A stretch of DNA of 64,000 bases from Hyphomicrobiaceae bacterium (GCA_965215755.1 OZ244119.1:4302117-4366116), one strand, 5' to 3'; counted from the stretch's first letter, positions 46,845-55,390 are shown. A program made the numbers and translations. The notes: a model not told the origin generated them from the letters alone.

Positions 46845-47849
46845 CTAGTATTCAGCGAAAATGCGGCTTAGTTCATTCACGTCGCTTGTCTTACTCAGGG
46901 CAACCATCAGCAAGATGCGCGCCTTTTGAGGATTGAGCGTATCAGCAGAGACAAAGCCCCGTTCTTTGAGCTTCACTCTGTTTGGCACACGACCTGAGCC
47001 GGCGCGGTTGGATTGCACAACGACAACGCCATCTTTGATGACCTTGTCGAAGGCCTGATCTTGGTGCGGAGTTAAGAGCCCCGGTGCGAAGCCTGCCGAG
47101 ACCAAGCCTTTCGCGCCGGCTGCCACGTATGCCTCAATCGCGACACCGTCGCTGCCGCCATAACAGGGAACAACGTCAACGCGCGGCAGGTCGGTTACAC
47201 CAGACATATCGAATTCGGTATCCGGCATGCGGCGGCGGAGAGGGGCACGATAGTAATGCACACCATCACCATCGACATGACCAAGCACGCCAAAGTCCGG
47301 GCTGCGGAAGGTTTGCATTCTCAATGTCGATGTTTTGGTGACATCACGAGCTGCCTGGATTTCGTCATTGAGCATCAGCAGCGCACCCATCCCACGGGAT
47401 GCAGGGTCGGCGGCGGTCCGTGCGGCGTTCAGCAAGTTAATTGCCGCATCGGTCGAAATCCCCGAAGCGGGACGTTGCGCACCGACGACCACAACCGGTT
47501 GTTCGATCTTCAATGTCAGGTTCAGGAAATAGACCGTTTCCTCGGCTGAGGCCGTTCCATGAGTCACGACAAAGCCGGCCAACGAAGGGTCATCGGCCGC
47601 GGCCTTGGTGATCGTTTTGTTGATCTCCAGCCATTCCTTGGGCCCGATGTGGGTGCTACCGACGGCCTTGAAACGAATAGGCACCGGCTCGACAACTTGT
47701 TTGACCAGGTCAAATTTTTCGATCAGTTGATCGACTTCCAGTTTGGAGCCACTGTCAGGATAGTCGACGAGATCCAATGCATCGCGTCCGATTGATGAGA
47801 TCGTCCCTCCTGTCCCAATGAATGCGACCTTTGGTTTGTTACCTGCCAT
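46845..47849 (-). CDS. Type II (AnsB-like) L-asparaginase/glutaminase homologue, no signal peptide evident
   Basis: Contains VAFIGTGGTISS (Thr nucleophile motif), DVTKTST (Lys) and a C-terminal LNPQKARILLMVAL...IFAEY very like E. coli AnsB. The second signature reads HGTAS instead of HGTDT. ATG 47849 is preceded by a GGAG. Confidence 0.85.
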   Translation of the reverse strand: MAGNKPKVAFIGTGGTISSIGRDALDLVDYPDSGSKLEVDQLIEKFDLVKQVVEPVPIRFKAVGSTHIGPKEWLEINKTITKAAADDPSLAGFVVTHGTASAEETVYFLNLTLKIEQPVVVVGAQRPASGISTDAAINLLNAARTAADPASRGMGALLMLNDEIQAARDVTKTSTLRMQTFRSPDFGVLGHVDGDGVHYYRAPLRRRMPDTEFDMSGVTDLPRVDVVPCYGGSDGVAIEAYVAAGAKGLVSAGFAPGLLTPHQDQAFDKVIKDGVVVVQSNRAGSGRVPNRVKLKERGFVSADTLNPQKARILLMVALSKTSDVNELSRIFAEY

Positions 47850-47888
47850 GTCTCTCACTCCGTGCCTATATTTTGTGTCTTGTTCGGA

Positions 47889-48893
47889 TCAGCGTTGTTC
47901 GACGTCAAACTCTGATACTTCGATTTCTATAGCTTGTAGCAGCGCCTCAACCCAAGACTCACTCAGGTGGCGTCCAATAAAGACGATACGTGTGCGGCGA
48001 TCGTCCGATGGCCACCGGTCCAGCCATGTCGGTGGATGAAAGACATGCTGGACGCCATGGATGACAGCTGGTTGCTCCGGCGTTTCGGAAATCTGCACCA
48101 GCCCCTTCAAGCGGAGCAGGTTCTCACCACAATGATCTGCCAAAGCTTCAAGAAATAGAGTCAGCGCAACGGCCGCGACCGGTCGTGACCGAATGAGGGT
48201 GAATGTCGAGATTGCCCCACTAGTATGTCCGGGAGCCGTTGCTGCAATAGTCGGCAAATCCTCAAAGTTCAGCAGCTTCGCCGCTGGCTCTTTGCCTTCA
48301 TCACTGAACATGACCGTCGGTTGCACATTGCCATGGGAGGCGGTCATGCAGTTCGCATTGGGATTAAGGCTCCTGACAGATGCTACGAGTGCGCCGTGCT
48401 CCTCGCTCAGTAGATCCATCTTCGTCAGGAGTAATTGATCTGCTATCGCTATCTGTCTGGCTGCTTCCGGCTCCCGGGAAATCGTCTGCGCCCCATTGAC
48501 GGAATCGACCACGGTGACAACGCGGTCCAATTGGAAGTTGCAGGCGGCTGTTTCATCGACCATTAAGCCCTGCAGGATCGGGATGGGATCGGCCAGCCCA
48601 CTCGTTTCAATCATAACCCTTTTGAAGGGGGTAATGGCTCCGGTCTGTCGGCGCGTCCAGAGATCGTCCAGGGTCTCGACCAGGTCGCCGCGCATCTTGC
48701 AGCACAGGCACCCCGTCTTTAATGTCACGAGATCTTCGTCGCTCGTCTCGATGAGTTCATGGTCCAGGCCAACTTCACCGAACTCATTGATGATCACCGC
48801 TGTGTCACCGTATTCGGGATCAGCCAGAACCTTCTTAAGGATCGTTGTCTTCCCGCTCCCGAGGTAGCCGGTTATGACCGATACCGGGATCAT
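47889..48893 (-). CDS. COG0523-family (CobW/YjiA-like) metallochaperone GTPase
   Basis: The Walker A is ITGYLGSGKTT, the metal-binding CxCC is GCLCCKM, the motif LLTKMDL is NKxD-like, and a CobW_C-like tail is present. The ATG overlaps the TGA of the upstream 107-aa ORF. Confidence 0.9.
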   Translation of the reverse strand: MIPVSVITGYLGSGKTTILKKVLADPEYGDTAVIINEFGEVGLDHELIETSDEDLVTLKTGCLCCKMRGDLVETLDDLWTRRQTGAITPFKRVMIETSGLADPIPILQGLMVDETAACNFQLDRVVTVVDSVNGAQTISREPEAARQIAIADQLLLTKMDLLSEEHGALVASVRSLNPNANCMTASHGNVQPTVMFSDEGKEPAAKLLNFEDLPTIAATAPGHTSGAISTFTLIRSRPVAAVALTLFLEALADHCGENLLRLKGLVQISETPEQPAVIHGVQHVFHPPTWLDRWPSDDRRTRIVFIGRHLSESWVEALLQAIEIEVSEFDVEQR

Positions 48894-49213
48894 GACGGCA
48901 AGCCTGGCAGCGGAGCGATTGTCAATTGATAGGGTTGATAACCAGGTGCCAGGTTCTGCCGAACGATGCGCAGAACGCCAACGACGGATGCTGCTGTTCG
49001 TTTTCGTCCGCTTGTTTCAACGACCCACCGAAACGGCATGCCTTTCGGTGCGCGGTCTATTGTCAGAACCACGTCACCTTCTGCGCGAATGATGATGTGA
49101 TCGTCAATGCCATCGCGATGCACGCTGTGTGCGCGAGACCACATCGTGAGTGAGGAACCGATAAGCTTCTCCAGTGCATCCACCAACGCATCACTCATTG
49201 TGCCGGGGCTCAT
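48890..49213 (-). CDS. Orphan 107-aa protein, translationally coupled on both sides
   Basis: ATGA overlaps occur at 49210-49213 (with the dihydropyrimidinase stop) and 48890-48893 (with the COG0523 start). I recognise no motif. The protein has no Cys and three His. It is supported as coding mainly by its operon geometry. Confidence 0.5.
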   Translation of the reverse strand: MSPGTMSDALVDALEKLIGSSLTMWSRAHSVHRDGIDDHIIIRAEGDVVLTIDRAPKGMPFRWVVETSGRKRTAASVVGVLRIVRQNLAPGYQPYQLTIAPLPGLPS

Positions 49214-50637
49214 AGTGCTGGACCTGCAATAATATCGGCAGGGATTTTCCGCTTCAGATGTTGACCGTCATTGGTTTCTCCGAAGAATTCCTTGCCGTCC
49301 ACCATGACCTTACCGCGCATAATCGTTGTTTCGGGCCATGCGAAGATATCATGCCCTTCCCAGGGCGTGTAATCGGTTTCATGTAGCTTGGACGCCGTGA
49401 TCTTTCCGCGACGGTTTGGGTCCAGAATTGTTATGTCGGCATCACTGCCGGCCGCAATTGCGCCTTTGCGCGGGTAGAGCCCCATTACCTTTGCTGCGTT
49501 GGTCGAAACCAGATCAACATATTGGCTCAGCGAATACTGTCGGCGATGAACCATTTCGGTGTACATCACTGCCAACCGCGGTTCGACGCCGGAATTCCCT
49601 CCCGTCGTATCATCGATCCGATTGCCGAGAGTTTTTTCTTTCAATGTGCAGCAAAGTTCGTCCGTCGCGACGCAGTTGATATCACCCGTCAATGTTCCGT
49701 CCCACAGCGCTTTTTGATCCTCGGCGGACTTGAGTGAGGGATAGGTGTGATAGATCTGACCGTTCGGCCGCTTATAGTCTTCAGCATTGTAAAGCATGTA
49801 TTGATGTAGGGTCTCTCCGTAGATCGGCATGCCTTTCGCACGTGCTTCAGAGATGGCCTTGACGCCAGTCGCAGCACTCACATGCATCATGTAGAGAGCA
49901 GTCCCTGGCACATTCTCTGCAAGCCTCAGGATTCGACGGAAACTGAGATCTTCCGACAGCGCATTGTGGGCCTCATTCAGATATTCGAATCCAACACGAC
50001 CTTCGCGAATTAACTTATCGTACATGTGCATGACGATGTCGTGGTCTTCGGCATGGATCACACCAAGTCCACCTTCATCGGCAAGCACCTGAAAGGCTTC
50101 CCAGATGTCTCCGAAATCGATCATGCGCCCCGTACGACCGGGGAGAATGTTGGTTGTGAATATCTTCAGTGTCGGATGACCGGCCTGGATGGCCTCGGCG
50201 AGCTGTCCTTTGAAGGTATGCGGTGGCTCACTATGGAGCATGATGTGATAGGCGTAATCGCAATAGCTACGACCTTTGAAGTCCTTATCTCGCGCCTCAA
50301 TGGCTTCAAGTGCCGTGTGCTCTTCGCGCCAATACGCGAAATCAATCAACGTGGTTGTGCCACCGAACAAAGCGGCCTTGCCGACCTGATCGGGACCGGC
50401 CGTGATCATTGTCTCCCCGTCCGGTTTAATCCAGGGATGATGCATGTGGACGTGGGGATCGATACCGCCAGGCATGACAATCTTACCGGAAGCGTCCACG
50501 GTCCGCGTTGCAGCCGTTTCATCGAGAGTGCCCGGAGCGGCGACCGCGGCGATCGTCTCGCCTTTGACCGCAACGTCGAAGTTTCCAACCCCTTGCGGGG
50601 TCACGACCTCGCCACCTCGAATAATCAAATCCAGCAT
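49210..50637 (-). CDS. Dihydropyrimidinase / D-hydantoinase (cyclic amidohydrolase)
   Basis: Contains GGIDPHVHMH (HxH metal ligands), TLKIFTT (carboxylated-Lys context), VIHAEDHD and ATDELCCT-type late motifs. 475 aa. A strong GAGGAGGAGG SD is present. Confidence 0.9.
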   Translation of the reverse strand: MLDLIIRGGEVVTPQGVGNFDVAVKGETIAAVAAPGTLDETAATRTVDASGKIVMPGGIDPHVHMHHPWIKPDGETMITAGPDQVGKAALFGGTTTLIDFAYWREEHTALEAIEARDKDFKGRSYCDYAYHIMLHSEPPHTFKGQLAEAIQAGHPTLKIFTTNILPGRTGRMIDFGDIWEAFQVLADEGGLGVIHAEDHDIVMHMYDKLIREGRVGFEYLNEAHNALSEDLSFRRILRLAENVPGTALYMMHVSAATGVKAISEARAKGMPIYGETLHQYMLYNAEDYKRPNGQIYHTYPSLKSAEDQKALWDGTLTGDINCVATDELCCTLKEKTLGNRIDDTTGGNSGVEPRLAVMYTEMVHRRQYSLSQYVDLVSTNAAKVMGLYPRKGAIAAGSDADITILDPNRRGKITASKLHETDYTPWEGHDIFAWPETTIMRGKVMVDGKEFFGETNDGQHLKRKIPADIIAGPAL

Positions 50638-50813
50638 GATGTCGGCCTCCTCCTCTTAGCATCTAAGCAGATTGCAATGCCTGCCGATACCGCTGGACGA
50701 TCGATTTGCTGATTTCTTGGTCCTCCGGCCGATGCTGGACGCGCGCAAGCGAATTGGGTTCAATACGGTAATCCGTGCAGGATGCACCACTCTCACGTCA
50801 TGGGATAAGGCTT

Positions 50814-51713
50814 ATGGAACGCGCGACAACCAAACTTCGTCACTTACTTGAGACGCACGAGTTCCTCTATTGGCCCTCGCTGTATTATCCTCTTGCCGCC
50901 CGTGCGGCCGAGGACATCGGCATCGAGAGCGCGTACGTCGGTGGCTATGTTACTGGTGGATCGAAAGCTGTCTCGGAGCCGTTGCTGACAATGGACGAGC
51001 AAGTCGGGCTTGCAGGAGAGATTGCACGTTCCGTCCGAATTCCGATCGTCGCTGATGCCGGCGCCGGATTTGGAGAACCGTTGCATTGCATGCGGACCGT
51101 TCGCGAGTTCATTCACGCAGGTGTTGCTGGTATCCATATTGAGGATCAGCTTTATCCCAAGCGTGCGCACTATCATAAGTATGTGGCGCATGCGATTCCC
51201 GCCGAAGATCTGGCGCTTAAAATTCGCTACGCTAGCCGGGAAAGGGCACGAATTGATCCGGACTTCGTGATCATCGTGCGGACAGACACCTGCCGCTTCG
51301 AAGGCCTTGACGAAGCCATCCGCCGCATCAACATGGGCGCTGACGAAGGCGCCGATATGGGTCTGCTGTTCCCGCGCAATCTTGATGACGCCAAGCGTGC
51401 GCCTGCGCTCTCGAAGGTGCCTTTGGTTTATGTTCAGAGCCGGGGCAATCGTGATGGCCGGCCGCTCTTTTCAAACACCGAGCTGAAAGAGATGGGCTAC
51501 AAGGCGTGCATCGATGCTCAACTTTGGATGACGGTCAGTTTTCATCACGCCAGGAATGCGCTGCAGGAAGTTTATCAGACTGGCAGTTACACAGGCATGA
51601 GCGATGACGAGAACATCGCAACACGCCAAGCCATCGAAGATGCTATCGGCCTTGATGCATTCTATGAAATCGAGGAAGAGACTGTCGAAGATAATAAGTG
51701 GGGCAAACGCTAA
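50814..51713 (+). CDS. Isocitrate lyase / PEP mutase superfamily protein (non-canonical active-site loop)
   Basis: Contains IPIVADAGAGFGE and GVAGIHIEDQLYPKRAHYH. The family KRCGH loop lacks its Cys here. ATG 50814 is preferred over the track start 50775. Confidence 0.8.
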   Translation: MERATTKLRHLLETHEFLYWPSLYYPLAARAAEDIGIESAYVGGYVTGGSKAVSEPLLTMDEQVGLAGEIARSVRIPIVADAGAGFGEPLHCMRTVREFIHAGVAGIHIEDQLYPKRAHYHKYVAHAIPAEDLALKIRYASRERARIDPDFVIIVRTDTCRFEGLDEAIRRINMGADEGADMGLLFPRNLDDAKRAPALSKVPLVYVQSRGNRDGRPLFSNTELKEMGYKACIDAQLWMTVSFHHARNALQEVYQTGSYTGMSDDENIATRQAIEDAIGLDAFYEIEEETVEDNKWGKR

Positions 51714-51752
51714 CAGTGTTACTGTTCAGCATGGACAGGAAAGATCACCACC

Positions 51753-53096
51753 GTGACACAGACCAATTCTTCGCGACGCCTGCACCTCGGCGCGTTTATG
51801 CGGCCGATCAGCATTCATACCGGTGCCTGGCGCTATCCCGGTGCATTTCCAGACGCGAATTTCAACTTCCAGCATATTGTTCGCTTCACCAAAAAACTCG
51901 AGCAAGGCAAGTTCGATGCATTCTTCATGGCGGACCATTTGGCACTCCTCAATATGCCGATGGAGGCCTTGAAGCGTAGCGCCACCGTAACATCGTTTGA
52001 GCCCATGACACTGTTGTCTGCACTTGCCGCGGTGACGGACCACATCGGTCTGATTGCGACAGGCTCAACAACCTACGATGCGCCCTATCATGTCGCGCGC
52101 CGATTTGCGTCCCTGGACCACATTAGTGGCGGACGCGCGGCCTGGAATGTTGTGACGACGTCCAATCCAGACGCCTCTATGAATTTTGGTCACAACGAAC
52201 AGATGGAGCATGACGAACGTTATCGCCGTGCGCGCGAGTTCTACGACGTTGTCACCGGCCTTTGGGACAGCTTTGATGACGATGCGTTTCCGCGCGATAT
52301 CGGGTCCGGCGTCTTCACGGACCCAGACAAGTTGCATGTGCTGGACCACAAGGGAGATTACTTTGATGTCCGTGGCCCGTTGAACATCGCAAGACCGGTG
52401 CAAGGATGGCCGGTGATCGTGCAGGCCGGCGCTTCCGAAGCCGGGCGGCAGTTGGCAGCCGAGACAGCCGAAGCCATCTTTGCGTCTGTTCGCACTTTGC
52501 AGGATGGACAGGCATTCTATTCGGACATCAAGAGCCGGATGCAGAAGATCGGCCGTAACCCAGACCATATGAAAGTGCTGCCCGGCTGCCTCGTAGTTGT
52601 CGGCGACACCGATGAAGAGGCGCGACAGAAGCGGCTCCTTCTGGATAGCAAGGTGCACTACGAGAGCGCCATCGCCTCACTCTCGATTGCGCTCGGTGTC
52701 GACGCGTCAGAGTTTGATCCCGATGGACCACTTCCGAGCAATATCCCGCAGACCAACACGAGCCACAGCGGTCGGGAGCGTGCTATGAAGCTGGCTGCAG
52801 AAGAAGGCCTGACTGTGCGCCAGCTTGCACAACGATTTGGCGGCTATTCCGGCCTTGCCCTTGTTGGCACACCACAGACCATTGCTGATCAGATGGAAGA
52901 ATGGCTAATGGAGCGTGGATGCGATGGCTTTAACGTCATGTTTCCCTATCTGCCGATGGGACTAGATGATTTCGTGGATCGCGTTGTTCCGGAGCTGCAG
53001 CGGCGGGGAATCTTCCGGACGGAATACGAAGGTTCAACATTGCGGGAGAATTTGGGACTTCCGCGTCCTCCTAGTCGCTATGCTGGAAAGACATGA
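51753..53096 (+). CDS. LLM-class flavin-dependent monooxygenase (NtaA/SnaA/DszA family)
   Basis: 447 aa. The N-terminal LHLGAFMRPISIHTGAWRYPGAFPDANFNFQHIVRFTKKLEQGKFDAFFMADHLA is characteristic of this family. GTG start. Confidence 0.9.
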   Translation: MTQTNSSRRLHLGAFMRPISIHTGAWRYPGAFPDANFNFQHIVRFTKKLEQGKFDAFFMADHLALLNMPMEALKRSATVTSFEPMTLLSALAAVTDHIGLIATGSTTYDAPYHVARRFASLDHISGGRAAWNVVTTSNPDASMNFGHNEQMEHDERYRRAREFYDVVTGLWDSFDDDAFPRDIGSGVFTDPDKLHVLDHKGDYFDVRGPLNIARPVQGWPVIVQAGASEAGRQLAAETAEAIFASVRTLQDGQAFYSDIKSRMQKIGRNPDHMKVLPGCLVVVGDTDEEARQKRLLLDSKVHYESAIASLSIALGVDASEFDPDGPLPSNIPQTNTSHSGRERAMKLAAEEGLTVRQLAQRFGGYSGLALVGTPQTIADQMEEWLMERGCDGFNVMFPYLPMGLDDFVDRVVPELQRRGIFRTEYEGSTLRENLGLPRPPSRYAGKT

Positions 53097-53104
53097 GTTG
53101 TGGC

Positions 53105-54100
53105 TCACACCACTTTCACAACCTGCTTTCCATAGTTTCCTCCGCTCAGCATGTTGATCAGCGCTGCAGGGGCAGTCTCAAATCCATGTGAAACCGTTTC
53201 ACGATATTTCAATTTGCCGTCGCGCCACCATTGCTGCAGCTGCTCCAACGCAACGTCGCGGCGGTCCAGGTACGAACCAATTCGAAAACCCTGAATCTTT
53301 ATCGATCTATCGAGAAGCAGATGGACGTTGCGTAGGCCCGCTGGCCTATCAGTATTGTATTGTGAAATCTGACCACAAATCGGGATGCGCGCGCCCTCCT
53401 TCGTCTGGTCCAGCACCGCCTCCAGGATCTCACCGCCGACATTGTCATAATAGATGTCGACGCCGTCTGGTGCGGCTTGGGCCAACGGCTCATCTATCGG
53501 CCCGGCTTTGTAATCAATGCAATCATCAAAGCCGAGGTCATCAATGACATGGCGGCACTTCTCGGCGCCGCCAGCAATTCCGATAACACGGCAGCCACTA
53601 ATCTGAGCGAGTTGGCCAACGGCACTCCCGACGGCACCTGCAGCTGCTGAAACGACGACCGTATCGCCTGATTTCATTCCTGCGATATCGTAGAGCCCGA
53701 CGAACGCTGTTGCACCTGATTGCCCTACGATGCCAAGACTTAAGGAGAGTGGCTGTAGGTCAGGCGCCAGTTTGCGTAAGTGGTCGCCTTTGAGCACGAC
53801 ACGTTCGCGCCAGCCGAATTCGCTTTGTACTGCATCGCCAATTTTGAAGTTCGGATGGCGGCTCTCAAGAACGACACCTGCACCGCGACCAATCATTGTT
53901 GCACCCGGTGTCAGTTGATACTGTGGCCGTGCACCGCCCATAGCGCGGCGCATGTATGGGTCGATGGATAAGACGTGCGTCTCCACAAGGACATCACCAT
54001 CGCCCGGTTCTGGAGTTGCGACGTCAACGACTTCGAAGCAATCCTCGGTTGGTGGGCCTGCAGGCGGCCGCACGAACTCAATCTCTCGATGATTGCCCAT
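53105..54100 (-). CDS. NADP-dependent medium-chain reductase (YncB/CurA / alkenal-reductase-like)
   Basis: The cofactor motif is AAAGAVGSAVGQLAQISGCRVIGIAGGAEK. The protein has no zinc-ligand pattern. 331 aa. Confidence 0.85.
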   Translation of the reverse strand: MGNHREIEFVRPPAGPPTEDCFEVVDVATPEPGDGDVLVETHVLSIDPYMRRAMGGARPQYQLTPGATMIGRGAGVVLESRHPNFKIGDAVQSEFGWRERVVLKGDHLRKLAPDLQPLSLSLGIVGQSGATAFVGLYDIAGMKSGDTVVVSAAAGAVGSAVGQLAQISGCRVIGIAGGAEKCRHVIDDLGFDDCIDYKAGPIDEPLAQAAPDGVDIYYDNVGGEILEAVLDQTKEGARIPICGQISQYNTDRPAGLRNVHLLLDRSIKIQGFRIGSYLDRRDVALEQLQQWWRDGKLKYRETVSHGFETAPAALINMLSGGNYGKQVVKVV

Positions 54101-54241
54101 CTGGCAATCCCCCCAATTTCACAGCTGATAACTGATGGCATGCCGCTTGTTTCAATGGCATCGGACTGCCCTTATAGGATCCGAGATGTATTAGGACCGT
54201 ATAACCGCCGTCTACGCAATAGTGCGCAATCGGATTTGGGG

Positions 54242-55390
54242 ATGAGCATGAGTGCACCACTCGAAGGCATTACCGTACTGGAAATGGGATCAAGTCTGGC
54301 GGGGCCCTACGGTGCGCGGTTGTTGGCCGACTTCGGTGCCCGGGTGATCAAGGTCGAGGCTCCGGGGGGCGGGGATGCTGCGCGCAGTTGGGGCAAGGAA
54401 ACACTCGCCGGCACCAGTGCAACTTACCAGGCTTTGAATTTCGGCAAACGCTCGATTGTCGTGGATTTCAAGAACGATGTGGACGTGGGTGTCCTCAAGA
54501 AGTTCATCGCGGCGGAAGCCGATGTCGTCCTGCAAAACCTTCGCCCCGGGATCGCCGATGAACTTGGGCTTGGTCCAACTGACGTGACACAACTCAATTC
54601 GCGGATCATCTATTGCAACATCTCCGCATTCGGGCGGTCTGGTCCCTATGCTCAGATGCCGGGCTATGACCCGCTCATTCAGGCATTTTGTGGCATCGTC
54701 GATCTCACGGGGCCGGCGGACGGCAAGCCCGCACGTGTCGGCGTTCCGATCATTGATCTCGGGACAGGACTCTGGGCCGCCCTCGGCGTCATGGCAGCGC
54801 TTCAGGCCAGGGCGCGAACCGGCAAGGGCAGCATCGTGGATGCGGCGATGGCAGATACGGCGATGGCCTATCAGACCGTATCACAAGCAACCATCGAAGC
54901 CGGCGGGCCGGTACCGAAACGCTCGGGCCTCACCGGTCCACTTTTGGTTCCGAACACGGGTTATCAAACCTCTGACGGGCTGCTCATCGTCACGGTCGGT
55001 ACAGACCGACAGTTCGAGAAGCTTTGTGATGTGATTGGTAAGCCCGAGCTAGCACATGACGAACGGTTTCGAACGAACATCGCTCGTATGGAACATGAGG
55101 GTGTCTTGCGGGAGGAGTTGGAAGCAGTCTTCCGCAATGGAACAAGAGCCCACTGGAGCAAATTGCTGAACTCGGCCAACGTGCCCAACGCGCCCATCCA
55201 GAACGCCACTGAAGTTCTTGGACACGAGCATACCCAAGCCGCCGGGATAGTGAAGCCCGCCCCGGACGGCTCATTCGGACTAGTGGCGAATGCTCTCAAA
55301 CTCGACGGTCAACGTCCTGGTTTTGAGAGCCTTGCACCGGAACTCGGAGAGGCAACAGACGACGTACTCGCCAAGTATCGAGACGGCTGA
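54242..55390 (+). CDS. Family III (CaiB/BaiF) CoA-transferase
   Basis: LEGITVLEMGSSLAGPYGARLLADFGARVIKVE is the family-typical N-terminus, and GYDPLIQAFCGI carries the catalytic Asp context. The track ORF starts at 53975 but overlaps the reductase gene. ATG 54242 gives 382 aa. Confidence 0.85.
   Translation: MSMSAPLEGITVLEMGSSLAGPYGARLLADFGARVIKVEAPGGGDAARSWGKETLAGTSATYQALNFGKRSIVVDFKNDVDVGVLKKFIAAEADVVLQNLRPGIADELGLGPTDVTQLNSRIIYCNISAFGRSGPYAQMPGYDPLIQAFCGIVDLTGPADGKPARVGVPIIDLGTGLWAALGVMAALQARARTGKGSIVDAAMADTAMAYQTVSQATIEAGGPVPKRSGLTGPLLVPNTGYQTSDGLLIVTVGTDRQFEKLCDVIGKPELAHDERFRTNIARMEHEGVLREELEAVFRNGTRAHWSKLLNSANVPNAPIQNATEVLGHEHTQAAGIVKPAPDGSFGLVANALKLDGQRPGFESLAPELGEATDDVLAKYRDG

Noticed and set aside
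50026-50712. 228-aa ORF antisense to the dihydropyrimidinase gene. Similar antisense ORFs lie at 28644-29264, 52065-52658, 37185-37679, 26638-27132 and 16208-16624.
   Set aside because: All are embedded opposite CDS with strong family signatures. They have no motifs and no SD-like sequences that I could see, and I treat them as shadow ORFs.
50638-50813. Search for a Zur-box-like or other operator palindrome in the divergent region upstream of the hydantoinase operon
   Set aside because: The only palindrome is an 8-bp one (ATTGCAAT) with imperfect flanks. That is too short to call a regulatory site.
53975-54241. N-terminal extension of the CoA-transferase ORF
   Set aside because: It overlaps the divergent reductase CDS (53105-54100). 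The conserved family N-terminus (LEGITVLEMG...) begins right after ATG 54242.
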